DNA of 62,531 bases, filler included, from Actinomycetota bacterium (GTDB lineage: Bacteria; Actinomycetota; Acidimicrobiia; IMCC26256; VFJJ01): the NCBI GenBank assembly GCA_009886115.1. It is 6 parts of 6 records of this genome, joined end to end, with 100 filler letters (N's around TTAATTAATTAA, not from the genome) between each part and the next. Parts side by side here need not be neighbours in the genome. Positions count along the whole stretch, not along the records: positions 1 to 29,709 come from VFJJ01000085.1; 5 more parts are not named here. One strand, written 5' to 3'. The notes beneath the pieces are model-generated. The model ran no database searches. It was not told the origin of the DNA and was given only the letters and a program-made list of their open reading frames with translations. Position 1 is the first letter of the stretch. Each line of letters starts with the position of its first letter. A program made the translations under genes and the position numbers. Below, piece by piece: positions 16,830 through 26,917 of this stretch.

Positions 16830-19672
16830 GCGCTGCGAAGGTGTCGTCGCGTACCGCGACCAAGGCTTCAAGCGGCAGCGCGGCCGCCGCGCCCATGCGG
16901 CTGGGCCCCCAGCCGGCTGAGGTGCTCGATCGCAGCCGGGTCTTGGCGTTCACCTGGAACGGCCAGCCGGTGGAGGGCTTCGATGGCGACACGATCGCCT
17001 CGGCGCTGGCGGCGGCCGGCGTGCGGGTGTTCTCCCGCAGCCTCAAGTACCACCGGCCCCGTGGATTGCTGTCGGCCACGTACCACGATCCCAACTGCAC
17101 GCTCCAGGTGGGTGACGAGCCCAACGTGCGGGCGGCGCACCGGCGCCTCAGTGCCGGGATTCACGTGCAGGCCGAGAACGCCTGGCCGTCGCTGGCGTTC
17201 GACGTGCGCTCGGCCAACCGGCTCGTCGGCCGATTTCTCGGCGCCGGCTTCTACTACAAGACGTTCATCAAGCCCCAGCGATTGTGGCCGGCCTACGAGA
17301 AGGTGTTGGCCCGCTTCGCGGCGGGAGGCGTCGTCGAGGCCGACAGCCCGCACGGGCACTTCGACAAGCGGTACGTCCACGTCGAGGTCTGTGTGGCCGG
17401 TGGCGGTCCGGCCGGGATGGCCGCGGCGATCGCCGCCGCTCAGGCCGGAGCCCGCGTTCTGCTCGTGGAGGAGGAGCACGACCTCGGCGGCCACCTCCGT
17501 TTTGGCACCGACGCCGAACGGGCCGCGATGGTCGAGCTCCGTGCCGCTGTGGCCGCCGAGCCCGGTGTCGAGGTGATGACCAACTCGGTGGTCACCGGCC
17601 GCTACGACGACAACTGGGTCGCCGTGGTTCAGCGTGGCCTTCCCGGCGTCTTCGAGCGGCTGTGCAAGGTGCGGGCTCGCACGCTCGTCGTCGCACCCGG
17701 TCTCATCGAGCGCCCGTATGTCTTCGAGGGCAACGACCTCCCGGGCGTCATGCTCTCGACTGCGGTGCGGCGCCTGGTGAACCTCCATGCGGTCAAGCCC
17801 GGTTCGAGGGCCGTCGTGCTCAGCGCCAACGCCGATGGAGACGCGGCAGCCGACGATCTGCGTCGCGTCGGGGTCGACGTGGCCCGGGTCGTCGACGCCC
17901 GTACGGGCGGCAACGTCGTGCGCGCCGACGGTGGACGGGTGCTGCGGCGAGTCGAGCTGGGCGACGGCACCAAGGTCGACTGCGACCTCCTCGTCACTGC
18001 CGTCGGCTGGACCGCCCCCACGTCGTTGCTCAACTTCGCCGGTGACCGTCCGGTCTACGACGCGGGAGCGGCCCGGTTCTTCCCCGGCGGCGCAGGTTCC
18101 GACAACGTCGTCGCCGCCGGAGGCCTGTGCGGCGACGGAACGCTCGACGAGCTGATCGCCCACGGACGTGCGGTCGGTGCCGCGGCCGCGGCCGCGGGCG
18201 AGAATGCTCGTCCGGCGATATCGGCCCTCGGGCGCGCGCCCCATCCCGAGCTGTACCGCAGCACCACGCACGGGATCGTCGACTGGAGCGAGGACGTGTC
18301 GTCGAAGGACCTCCTGGCTGCGGCCAAGGAGGGCTACGACTCGATTGAGCTCGTGAAGCGCTTCACGACCGTCACCATGGGGCCGTCGCAGGGCAAGCTC
18401 GAATCGGTCAACGCGGTCGCGATCATGAGCGAGGCTCTCCATCAGACGATTGCCGAGACCGGTACCACCGTCTGGCGGCCGCCGTACGTGCCGATCACCT
18501 TGGGAGCCTTGGCCGGACGGGGTTTCGAGAACACGCGGCTGTCTCCCATGCACGGCTGGCACGTCGCCCGCGGCGCCCGTCCCCTCGTGGCTGGCGACTG
18601 GATCCGTCCCGACCATTACGGCGATCCCGCGGCCGAGGTGAACAACGTCCGCAGCAACGTGGGTCTCATCGACGTGACCCCGCTGGGCAAGCTCGACCTG
18701 CGCGGACCAGACGTCCCGAAGCTGCTCAACCTGGTGTACGTCAACAAGTGGTCGAAGTTGCCGCTCGGCGCGGTCCGGTACGGCGTGATGTGCGCCGAGG
18801 ACGGTGTGGTGCTCGACGACGGGGTCACCGGCCGGTTGGGCGACGAGCACTACTTGATGTCGACCACGTCGTCGGGCGCGGCCACGGTGTGGGAATGGGT
18901 CGAGAACTGGCTCCAGACCGAGCATCCCGAATGGCGGGTGCACGTCACGCCGGTCACGACGGCCTACGCGTCGATGAACATCGCCGGTCCCAAGAGCCGC
19001 GAGCTGCTGGGGCGCATCCTCGAAGGTGTCGACCTGTCGCCCGAGGCGTTCCCCTACATGCACGTCCGCCAGGGGCGAATGGCCGGGGTCGACGGCTGCT
19101 TCTTGTGGCGTATCGGTTTCACCGGCGAGCTCTCGTATGAGGTGCACGTCCCGGCGGCTTACGGGCTCCACGTCTGGGAGGCCTGTTTCTCGGCCGGCGC
19201 CGATCTGGGTGTCGGGGCCTTCGGCGTGGAGGCCCAACGCATCATGCGCCTCGAGAAGGGCCATTTCATCGTGGGTCAGGACACCGACGGTCTGACCCAG
19301 GCCTACGGTGCCGACCTCGACTGGCTGGTGAAGCTCGACAAGGACGATTTCGCCGGCAAGCCCGAGCTGCGTTGGCAGCAGGAGTCTGGCGGATATCAGC
19401 GCCTCGTGGGGCTGCAACCCGTCGACCCGCGTGAGGTACCGGCCGAGGCCAGCCAGCTCGTCGAGGGGGCCAAGCACATCGTGGGCCGCATCACGTCCAG
19501 CCGGATGTCGCCCACCCTCGGACGGGCGATCTGCCTCGGGTTCGTCGCCCCGCACCTCACCGAGCCGGGGACGCTGATCACCTGCCAGCTCCCCGACCGT
19601 CGCCGTATCCAGGTTCGGGTCACCGAGCACCTGGCTCAGTTCGACCCCGACGGGGAGCGACTCCGTGGCTGA
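16826..19672 (+). CDS. soxA: Sarcosine oxidase alpha / NMG dehydrogenase subunit C (folate-binding GcvT-like C-terminus)
   Basis: ATG at 16826 (ATGA overlap): GDTIASAL, SRSLKYHRPRG, AGFYYKTF, GGGPAG, KRFTTVTMGPSQGK, DVTPLGK, RIGFTGELSYE, MRLEKGH, FDPDGERLRG. Confidence 0.93.
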   Translation: MSAAKVSSRTATKASSGSAAAAPMRLGPQPAEVLDRSRVLAFTWNGQPVEGFDGDTIASALAAAGVRVFSRSLKYHRPRGLLSATYHDPNCTLQVGDEPNVRAAHRRLSAGIHVQAENAWPSLAFDVRSANRLVGRFLGAGFYYKTFIKPQRLWPAYEKVLARFAAGGVVEADSPHGHFDKRYVHVEVCVAGGGPAGMAAAIAAAQAGARVLLVEEEHDLGGHLRFGTDAERAAMVELRAAVAAEPGVEVMTNSVVTGRYDDNWVAVVQRGLPGVFERLCKVRARTLVVAPGLIERPYVFEGNDLPGVMLSTAVRRLVNLHAVKPGSRAVVLSANADGDAAADDLRRVGVDVARVVDARTGGNVVRADGGRVLRRVELGDGTKVDCDLLVTAVGWTAPTSLLNFAGDRPVYDAGAARFFPGGAGSDNVVAAGGLCGDGTLDELIAHGRAVGAAAAAAGENARPAISALGRAPHPELYRSTTHGIVDWSEDVSSKDLLAAAKEGYDSIELVKRFTTVTMGPSQGKLESVNAVAIMSEALHQTIAETGTTVWRPPYVPITLGALAGRGFENTRLSPMHGWHVARGARPLVAGDWIRPDHYGDPAAEVNNVRSNVGLIDVTPLGKLDLRGPDVPKLLNLVYVNKWSKLPLGAVRYGVMCAEDGVVLDDGVTGRLGDEHYLMSTTSSGAATVWEWVENWLQTEHPEWRVHVTPVTTAYASMNIAGPKSRELLGRILEGVDLSPEAFPYMHVRQGRMAGVDGCFLWRIGFTGELSYEVHVPAAYGLHVWEACFSAGADLGVGAFGVEAQRIMRLEKGHFIVGQDTDGLTQAYGADLDWLVKLDKDDFAGKPELRWQQESGGYQRLVGLQPVDPREVPAEASQLVEGAKHIVGRITSSRMSPTLGRAICLGFVAPHLTEPGTLITCQLPDRRRIQVRVTEHLAQFDPDGERLRG

Positions 19673-20336
19673 GAGCACGATCGCCGATGCCGACGCCGCG
19701 GGCACCCCGCCCGTGGCCCGCAGCTCGATCAGCCAAGCACCGCCCGTTGCCGTCGTCGACGGCTGGGAGGTGTCGCAGCGCACGAGCGATGCCGTGCTGA
19801 CGCTGTCGGACGAGAGCGCGCTGGCCAAGGTCGTCGTCCACGGGCCCGAGGCGGGAGCCTTCGCCGGTGCGATGGGGGTGGCTTTCGGACGGGCTACCCG
19901 GCGAGACGACGGCGTGCTCGTCGTCGGGTCGTCGCCTGGAGAATGGCTGCTGATCGGGGCCCCCGGCACCGGCGCGGCTCTGGAGGCCGCCGTCGCGGCC
20001 GGAGTCGACCCGGCCGGCGACCCGGCCGGCGACTTCGTGACGATGGTCGACATCACCCACGGGCGGGCGCTCATACGGCTCACCGGGGCCGCGGCGCCGA
20101 GCCTCATGGCCAAGATCTGCGCCGTCGACCTCGACGATCGGGTCACCCCCAACGCCACGGCGCTGCGCACCTCGGTGGCCAAGCTGGTGACCGACGTGGT
20201 GCGCGACGATCGGCCCGACGGCACGAGGTCGTACCTGTTGCACTGCGACCGGTCGTCGGGGCAGGTGTTGTTCGATGCCGTGCTCGACGCCGGTATCGAA
20301 CACGGCATCGACATCGCGGGTTTCACTGCCAGATGA
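19665..20336 (+). CDS. soxG: Sarcosine oxidase gamma / NMG dehydrogenase subunit D
   Basis: SPGEWLL, VDITHGRALIRLTG, KICAVDL, DRSSGQVLFDAVLDAG; overlaps the end of soxA. Confidence 0.82.
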   Translation: MAESTIADADAAGTPPVARSSISQAPPVAVVDGWEVSQRTSDAVLTLSDESALAKVVVHGPEAGAFAGAMGVAFGRATRRDDGVLVVGSSPGEWLLIGAPGTGAALEAAVAAGVDPAGDPAGDFVTMVDITHGRALIRLTGAAAPSLMAKICAVDLDDRVTPNATALRTSVAKLVTDVVRDDRPDGTRSYLLHCDRSSGQVLFDAVLDAGIEHGIDIAGFTAR

Positions 20337-20347
20337 GATGAACGACG

Positions 20348-20364
20348 GTTCCCAGGGGGAAAAC
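20348..20364. promoter_or_regulatory. 17-bp operator-like site (site 4) overlapping the fhs RBS
   Basis: GTTCC-CAGGGGG-AAAAC immediately before the ATG at 20366. Confidence 0.4.
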
Positions 20365-20365
20365 G

Positions 20366-22063
20366 ATGGTATTTCCGACCGATCTGCAAATTGCCCGCGA
20401 GGCGACGCTCAAGCCGCTGCCCGAGATCGCGCACAGCATGGGTATCGGCGAGCATTTGCTCGAAGCCCACGGCGAGAGCGTGGCCAAGATCAAGCTGGAG
20501 GCCATCGAGGAGCTCTCGTCGCGACCCGATGCCAAGTACGTGGTCGTCACGGCGATCACGCCGACCCCACTGGGTGAGGGCAAGACGACGACCACCGTGG
20601 GTCTTGGCCAGGCCATGGCCCGCATCGGTCGGCAGGCGACGATCTCGTTGCGCCAACCGTCGATGGGGCCGACGTTCGGGATCAAGGGCGGAGCGGCCGG
20701 CGGCGGGTACAGCCAGGTCGTGCCCATGGAGCTGTTGAACCTCCATCTCACCGGCGACTTCCACGCCGTGACCGCAGCGCACAACTTGCTGGCTGCGATG
20801 CTCGACAACCATCTGCACCAGGGCAACGAGCTCGGCTTCGACCTGCACAACATCACCTGGCGACGCGCGCTCGACGTCAACGATCGGGCGCTGCGCAACA
20901 TCATCATCGGCATGGGCACCAAGGAGGACGGGGTCGTCCGTCAGAGCGGTTTCGACATCACCGCGGCGTCGGAGGTGATGGCCGTCCTCGGCCTGGCGAG
21001 CTCGATCACCGATCTCAGGGCCCGGCTGGGGCGCATCGTTGTGGGGTACACGAAACAGGGTGAGCCGATCACCGCCGAGCAGCTGCACGGCGCCGGATCG
21101 ATGGCCGTGATGCTGCGCGAGGCGATCAAGCCCAACCTGTTGCAGACGCTCGAGAACACCCCGGTGATCGTGCACACCGGACCGTTCGGCAACATCGCGC
21201 ACGGGAACTCGTCGATCATCGGCGACCTCGTCGGCATCAAGACGGGTGAGTACCTCATCACCGAGGCCGGCTTCGGCGCCGACATGGGCGCCGAGCGCTT
21301 CTTCAACATCAAGTGCCGCTACTCGGGCCTCACGCCCCACGCGGCTGTGCTCGTGGCGACGGTCCGGGCGCTCAAGGCCCATTCGGGACGGCACCGGATC
21401 GTGGCCGGCAAGGCGTTGCCTGAGGCGCTGCTGGCCGAGAACCCCGATGAGGTGCACATGGGCGGGGCGAACCTGCGCAAGCAGATCGAGAACGTGATGA
21501 TCCACGGCGTCGCCCCTGTCGTGGCGATCAACGCCTTCCCCACCGATCACCCGTCCGAGCACGACGCCATCCGAGAGATCGCCGAGGCGATGGGGGCGCG
21601 CGTCGCGGTGTGCACCCATTTCTCCGAGGGTGGTGCTGGGGCGGTTGATCTGGCCCACGCCGTGGTCGCCGCGGCCGACGAGAAGACCAGCTTCGCTCCG
21701 CTGTATCCCGACTCGGCCAGCCTCCGCGAGAAGATCGAGATCGTGGCCACCAAGGTCTATGGGGCCGCCGACGTGAGTTACTCGGCGCAGGCGGCCAAGC
21801 AGCTCGACACCTACGAGCGCAACGGCTTTGGGAACCTGCCTGTCTGCATCGCCAAGACCCACCTGTCGATCTCGTCGGATGCCACGCTCAAGGGCGCCCC
21901 CACGGGCTGGACGCTGCCGGTGCGCGAGGTGCGTGCCTCGGTCGGCGCCGGCTTCGTCTACCCGATCTGCGGCGACATGCGGACGATGCCCGGGCTGGGC
22001 TCGGCGCCGGCGGCGGCGATCATCGACTTCGACGACGACGGCGAGATCGTGGGCCTGTCGTGA
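20366..22063 (+). CDS. fhs: Formate--tetrahydrofolate ligase
   Basis: TAITPTPLGEGKTTTTVGL, FGIKGGAAGGGYSQV, NLHLTGDFHA, GPFGNIAHG, TEAGFGADMGAERF, VATVRALK, MPGL. Confidence 0.97.
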   Translation: MVFPTDLQIAREATLKPLPEIAHSMGIGEHLLEAHGESVAKIKLEAIEELSSRPDAKYVVVTAITPTPLGEGKTTTTVGLGQAMARIGRQATISLRQPSMGPTFGIKGGAAGGGYSQVVPMELLNLHLTGDFHAVTAAHNLLAAMLDNHLHQGNELGFDLHNITWRRALDVNDRALRNIIIGMGTKEDGVVRQSGFDITAASEVMAVLGLASSITDLRARLGRIVVGYTKQGEPITAEQLHGAGSMAVMLREAIKPNLLQTLENTPVIVHTGPFGNIAHGNSSIIGDLVGIKTGEYLITEAGFGADMGAERFFNIKCRYSGLTPHAAVLVATVRALKAHSGRHRIVAGKALPEALLAENPDEVHMGGANLRKQIENVMIHGVAPVVAINAFPTDHPSEHDAIREIAEAMGARVAVCTHFSEGGAGAVDLAHAVVAAADEKTSFAPLYPDSASLREKIEIVATKVYGAADVSYSAQAAKQLDTYERNGFGNLPVCIAKTHLSISSDATLKGAPTGWTLPVREVRASVGAGFVYPICGDMRTMPGLGSAPAAAIIDFDDDGEIVGLS

Positions 22064-22079
22064 CGCCGCCACCCCTGGA

Positions 22080-22140
22080 CCTCCCGAAATGTGCGCGGAA
22101 TTGCTCACGGGGTGAGCTTTTCCGCGCACATTTGGGGAGG
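22080..22140 (+). terminator. Long stem-loop after fhs (terminator or REP-like palindrome)
   Basis: CCTCCCGAAATGTGCGCGGAA...TTCCGCGCACATTTGGGGAGG with an inner GCTCAC/GTGAGC stem. Confidence 0.65.
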
Positions 22141-22173
22141 GGAGGGCCTCCGGGGCCGGGTACCGAGGCGTTT

Positions 22174-22210
22174 GTCAACTGTGGCGAGACGGTGTTGAAT
22201 GTGGGGAAAC
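22174..22210. promoter_or_regulatory. Tandem 17-bp operator pair (site 5), upstream of the second GS-like gene
   Basis: Reverse complements read GTCTC-GCCACAG-TTGAC (22174-22190) and GTTTC-CCCACAT-TCAAC (22194-22210), 20 bp apart as at site 1. Confidence 0.65.
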
Positions 22211-22235
22211 ACGGCAACGACAACCTGGGGGAATC

Positions 22236-23633
22236 GTGACCACTGATCTCGAACGCTTTCTGGGGCAGGACGCACGGGACGCCGCGGTCGCCGAGGTACG
22301 GCGTCAGATCGACGCCGCCGGCGTGCAGTACATCTACTACCAGTTCGTCTCGGTGACGGGCCGGGTGATGGGCAAGGGCATCCCGGCCAAGCACTGGGAA
22401 CGCACCGCCCGCAGCGGGTTCCAGCTCGTGTATGGGGCCACCGCCAACCTGTTCGTCGACCGGAAGGGCAACTACATCGGCTACGGCCCCGAGGCCCGTG
22501 AGCTCGTCGGCCTGCCCGAGCCCGAGACGTTCTGCGTGCTCCCGTGGGACACCAAGACGGCCCGGGTGTTCTGCACGCTGTTCCGGGGCCGGGAGGAAGA
22601 GGTGGACCCGGGCGCGTTCCTCACGTCCGACTGCCGGGGGAACTTGAAGCGCATCCACCGGTCGTTCGAGGAGGAGACCGGGCACCACATGCGGGTGGGC
22701 TGTGAGCCCGAGATGATGTGGCTCAAGACCAATCCCGACGGGACCCCGTCGGTCGAGGGCATGACCAAGCCCTACTGCTATCACATCGACCAGTTCTCCG
22801 AGCTCCAACCCATCATCCACAAGGTGTTGGAGTACGCCGAGGCGATGGGCCTCGACATGATCCAGGGCGACCACGAGGACGCGCCGGGCCAGCTCGAGCT
22901 GAACTTCCAGTTCGACCGGGCCGAGCTCACGGCCGACCGCCTCACCACCTACCGCCAGATCTGCCGGCAGGTCGGTCGTGAGATGGGAGCCTTCCCGTGC
23001 TTCATGCCCAAGCCGTTCATGGGCGTCTCGGCCAATGGCTGCCACCACAACTTCTCGCTGTGGCAGGGCGAAACCAACACGTTCATGCCCGACACGAGCA
23101 ATCCCCGCATGCCCGGCAAGATGGGCATGCCCGCGCTCGGAGGAATCCTCGCCCACTTGCGGGCATTGACGGCCATCAGCGCTTCCACAGTGAACTCCTA
23201 CCGCCGCTTCGCCGACGCCGGCTTCTGGGCTCCGATCTTCGCCGACTGGGGATTCCAGAACCGCACCACGGCCATTCGGGTCTCGGCCCCGGGACGCTTC
23301 GAGTACCGCTCGGTCGACTCGGCCGTGAACCAGTACCTGTGCATGGCCGGCATGCTCGTGTGCATGCGCGACGGCATCCGCAACAACATCGATCCCGGTG
23401 AGCCCGAGGAACGCAACATCTACCAGGCCATCGAGGGCGGTAAGCAGGTCAAGCGGATTCCCGCCACCTTCGGCGAGGCGCTCGACGAGCTCGAACGCGA
23501 CGAAGTCGTCAAGGAAGCTTTGCCCGGCGACATGTACACGGTATTCATGCACTACAAGCGCGACGAGTGGGAACGCTTCATCTCGACTGTCACTGAGTGG
23601 GACATCAAGGAGTACCTCGACGTGCTGCCCTGA
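22236..23633 (+). CDS. Second glutamine synthetase-family protein (probable gamma-glutamyl-amine ligase)
   Basis: YYQFVSVTGRVMGKGIP, VGCEPE, KPYCYH, GDHEDAPGQLELNF, FMPKPF...NGCHHN, NSYRR, WGFQNRT, FEYRSVDSAVN. It has DHED as GmaS does, not the HHEV of canonical GlnA. Confidence 0.88.
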   Translation: MTTDLERFLGQDARDAAVAEVRRQIDAAGVQYIYYQFVSVTGRVMGKGIPAKHWERTARSGFQLVYGATANLFVDRKGNYIGYGPEARELVGLPEPETFCVLPWDTKTARVFCTLFRGREEEVDPGAFLTSDCRGNLKRIHRSFEEETGHHMRVGCEPEMMWLKTNPDGTPSVEGMTKPYCYHIDQFSELQPIIHKVLEYAEAMGLDMIQGDHEDAPGQLELNFQFDRAELTADRLTTYRQICRQVGREMGAFPCFMPKPFMGVSANGCHHNFSLWQGETNTFMPDTSNPRMPGKMGMPALGGILAHLRALTAISASTVNSYRRFADAGFWAPIFADWGFQNRTTAIRVSAPGRFEYRSVDSAVNQYLCMAGMLVCMRDGIRNNIDPGEPEERNIYQAIEGGKQVKRIPATFGEALDELERDEVVKEALPGDMYTVFMHYKRDEWERFISTVTEWDIKEYLDVLP

Positions 23634-23701
23634 CGGGTCGCCGGTGGGCGGGGTTCGTCACAGGAGTACGCCGAAGGTGAGACGGTCGAGGGAGGACTGG
23701 T

Positions 23702-24631
23702 ATGTGCGGGATCGCCGGGGTGATCCATCGCGATGGCGAGGCCGACATCGGCCAGGAGATGGTCCAGATGCTCCAGGCCATGAAGCATCGGGGGCCTGAC
23801 TCGACGGGATATGCGCTCTACGCGCCGCCGACCGAGGGGATCGTCATCCGCTTCAAGCTGGCCGATGCGAACGACGCGCGCGACTTCGAGTTCGGCGAGC
23901 GGCTCGAACGGCACCGGAACGAGGTCGAGGCGCGACTGGGCAAGATCGGGGCCACGGTCGAGCGGATGGAGGGCGACACCGAGTACGCCTTCCGGGCCCG
24001 GGTGCGCTACACGGGCGACATCAAGGCGCTCGCCGACTACCTCGAGGACGTGCCGGGCTGTGAGGTGCTCTCGATCGGAACGTCGCTCGAGATCGTCAAA
24101 GACATCGGCGACGCCGAGACCGTCGCTGGTATGTATCACCTTGGCGGCTTTCGCGGCACACACGCGATCGGTCACGTGCGCATGGCCACCGAGTCCGATG
24201 TCGACATCTCCGGAGCCCACCCCTACTGGGCGTATCCGTTCAGCGACGTCGCCGTGGTGCACAACGGTCAGCTCACGAACTACTTCCACTGGAAGCGCCG
24301 CCTCGAACGTTCGGGCCACCGCTTCCAGAGCGAGTGCGACTCAGAGATCATCGCGGTGTACCTCGCCGAGAAGATGGCCGCTGGCGCGTCGCTCGAAAGC
24401 GCGATGAAGCAGAGCCTCGACGATTTGGACGGGGTCTTCACCTATGTCGCGGTCACCAGCGACTCGCTCGGTGTGGCCAAGGACGAGATGGCAGCCAAGC
24501 CGTTGGTGCTGTTCGAATCCGAGAACCTCGTGGTGTTGGCGTCGGAGGAGATGGCGATCCGGGCCATCATCGATCACGAGATCGACACCTATGACCCCTA
24601 CGAGGGTCAGGTGCTGGTGTGGTCACGGTGA
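23702..24631 (+). CDS. Second GlxB/MgsA-like class II amidotransferase subunit
   Basis: MCGIAG, HRGPDSTG, GHVRMATES, AHPY, VHNGQLTNY, CDSEII, LDGVFTY. Confidence 0.85.
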   Translation: MCGIAGVIHRDGEADIGQEMVQMLQAMKHRGPDSTGYALYAPPTEGIVIRFKLADANDARDFEFGERLERHRNEVEARLGKIGATVERMEGDTEYAFRARVRYTGDIKALADYLEDVPGCEVLSIGTSLEIVKDIGDAETVAGMYHLGGFRGTHAIGHVRMATESDVDISGAHPYWAYPFSDVAVVHNGQLTNYFHWKRRLERSGHRFQSECDSEIIAVYLAEKMAAGASLESAMKQSLDDLDGVFTYVAVTSDSLGVAKDEMAAKPLVLFESENLVVLASEEMAIRAIIDHEIDTYDPYEGQVLVWSR

Positions 24632-24659
24632 AACGGTCCCGTCGAAACGGGGAGGGCTG

Positions 24660-25448
24660 ATGGCCGAAGGTTCGAGCCAGCGTGTCACCTATGACGCTCG
24701 GGGTCTGTCTGAACCGACCGTCGAGACACCGAAGGTGTCGCAGATCGACGGCGATCGTGCCGTCTTCGATGCCGGACCGTTGACAACGCGTCAGATCAAC
24801 CGTGAGCTGCGGTGGCTCGTCTACGAGGAGGGCGTGCACGACGTGACGATCACCAACCCCGGGGCCAAGCACTCCCTCGGCGTGGCGATCCTCACTCGTT
24901 GCACGATCACGTTCGAGGGAAGCCTGGGGTACTTCGGATGCGGGCTCATCGACGGCCCCGAGATCCATATCACCGGGCGGGTGGGATGGTCGTTCGGCGA
25001 GAACATGATGAGTGGTGTCGTCGTGATCGACAAGAACGCCGGTTCGCTCACCGGGGCGGCGTTTCGTGGCGGCGACCTCGTCGTCAAGGGAGACGTCGGG
25101 GCCCGCACCGGGATCGACCAGAAGGGCGGGACCATCCTCGTGGGCGGTAACGGCGGCATGAACATCGGGTTCATGATGCAGCGAGGACGACAGATCTACT
25201 GCGGCAACGTGGGGCCCGGTCTCGGCGACTCGATGTACGACGGGTCGATCTATGTGGCCGGTTCGGTGAAGTCGCTCGGGATCGACTGTGTCGAAGCCGA
25301 GTTCACCCCGGCCGACAAGGAGATGATCGACCGCAAGTTCGCCATCTACGACTTCGGGACGCCGCCGGCTTTCCGGAAGTTCACCTGCGGTCGCCAGCTC
25401 TGGAACTACGACAACCTCGAGCCCAGCGAACGCAAGCTCGTTTTGTAG
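24660..25448 (+). CDS. Second GlxC/MgsB-like GXGXG subunit
   Basis: ATG at 24660 after GGAGG; RQINRELR, GSLGYFGCG, GWSFGENMMSG, GIDQKGG, GFMMQRG, GDSMYDG. Confidence 0.85.
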   Translation: MAEGSSQRVTYDARGLSEPTVETPKVSQIDGDRAVFDAGPLTTRQINRELRWLVYEEGVHDVTITNPGAKHSLGVAILTRCTITFEGSLGYFGCGLIDGPEIHITGRVGWSFGENMMSGVVVIDKNAGSLTGAAFRGGDLVVKGDVGARTGIDQKGGTILVGGNGGMNIGFMMQRGRQIYCGNVGPGLGDSMYDGSIYVAGSVKSLGIDCVEAEFTPADKEMIDRKFAIYDFGTPPAFRKFTCGRQLWNYDNLEPSERKLVL

Positions 25449-25510
25449 CTGTAGCCGGCACGCGCTGCACCGCGCTCGGACGCCCCGATCCACTGTGGAA
25501 GGACGCTGAC

Positions 25511-26917
25511 ATGGCCGTCGAGGATTCGACATCGAACAAGAACATCCTCGGGACGAGTCGCATCTTCACGCCCGAGGTCATCAACGACATCCACGTGAAA
25601 TCCGAGCTGGGCCGGTATCGGATGCGGGGCTTCTCGATGTTCAAGAAGATCCCCCACTGGGACGAGCTGATGTTCCTTCCCGGCACCCTCACCCGTTTCG
25701 TGATCGAGGGATACCGTGAGAAGTGCTCGACCAAGACGGTGCTCGGAGCGCGCTTCGCCAAGAACCCCATCGAGCTCGACATCCCCATCTACATCACGGG
25801 GATGAGCTTCGGAGCCCTGTCGCTCGAGGCCAAGATGGCTCTGGCCAAAGGAGCCTCGATGGCGGGGACGGCGACGTGCTCGGGCGAGGGCGGCATGATC
25901 CCGCCCGAGCGCGATTACTCGACCAAGTGGTATTACCAGTGTATCCAGAGTCGGTACGGCTTCAACCCGCATCACCTGATGCTCGCCGACGCCTGTGAGT
26001 TCTTCATTGGCCAGGGTTGCAAGGTCGGCCTCGGTGGTCACCTGATGGGCCAGAAGGTCACCGAGCAGGTGGCCGAGATGCGTTCGCTGCCCGCCGGTAT
26101 CGACCAGCGTTCACCGGCTCGTCATCCCGACTGGCTGGGGCCTGACGACCTCTCGCTCAAGATCCAAGAGATCCGCGAAGCCACCGATTACCGGATACCC
26201 ATCCAGCTCAAGCTCGGTGCGGCCCGGGTGTACGACGACGTGCGCATGGCGGCCAAGTGCGGCCCCGACATCATCTATCTCGACGGGGCCGAGGGGGGGA
26301 CCGGCGCCGGTCCGCACATCGCCACCGAGGAGACCGGTATCCCGTTGATGGCGGCGATCCCCGAGGCCCGTCGGGCGCTCGAGGACGTCGGGCTGGCCGA
26401 CGAGATCGACCTGGTCGTCGCCGGCGGCATTCGCAACGGCGCTGACGTGGCCAAGTGCATCAGCCTGGGGGCCAAGGCGGTGGCGATCGGTCATGCGAGC
26501 CTGATGGCGCTCAACTGCAACAAGGAGTTACCGGGGATCACCGATTACGAGGGCACGATCGGCGTGCCGGCTGGGAGCTGTTATCACTGTCACACCGGGC
26601 GCTGCCCCGTGGGGGTGGCGACACAAGACCCCGAGCTGCGCAAGCGCCTGAACGTTGAGGAAGGGGCGACGCGGGTCTACAACTTCCTGCACACCCTCAC
26701 CCTCGAGCTCCAGATGCTGGCCCGGGCCTGCGGGAAGACCGATGTCCACTCGCTCGAGCCTGAAGACCTCTGTGCGCTCACGGTGGAGGCCTCGGCCATG
26801 GCCCGGGTGCCCCTTGCGGGAACCAGTTGGATCCCCGGAACCACCGAGGACCGTACGCTGGCCCGCATCGAGAGTCTCCTCGAGAAGTATCTCGCCGACC
26901 GGGGCGGTGTGTCGTGA
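25511..26917 (+). CDS. Second GlxD/MgsC-like FMN/Fe-S glutamate synthase-family subunit
   Basis: IEGYREKC, GMSFGALS, CSGEGG, GQGCKVGLGG, RHPDW, DGAEGGTGA, AGGIRNGADVAK, CYHCHTGRCPVG. Confidence 0.88.
   Translation: MAVEDSTSNKNILGTSRIFTPEVINDIHVKSELGRYRMRGFSMFKKIPHWDELMFLPGTLTRFVIEGYREKCSTKTVLGARFAKNPIELDIPIYITGMSFGALSLEAKMALAKGASMAGTATCSGEGGMIPPERDYSTKWYYQCIQSRYGFNPHHLMLADACEFFIGQGCKVGLGGHLMGQKVTEQVAEMRSLPAGIDQRSPARHPDWLGPDDLSLKIQEIREATDYRIPIQLKLGAARVYDDVRMAAKCGPDIIYLDGAEGGTGAGPHIATEETGIPLMAAIPEARRALEDVGLADEIDLVVAGGIRNGADVAKCISLGAKAVAIGHASLMALNCNKELPGITDYEGTIGVPAGSCYHCHTGRCPVGVATQDPELRKRLNVEEGATRVYNFLHTLTLELQMLARACGKTDVHSLEPEDLCALTVEASAMARVPLAGTSWIPGTTEDRTLARIESLLEKYLADRGGVS

Noticed and set aside
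16868..22129. 1753-aa minus-strand ORF
   Set aside because: Antisense shadow of soxA-soxG-fhs; no motifs, and high-GC codon bias suppresses stops on the opposite strand.
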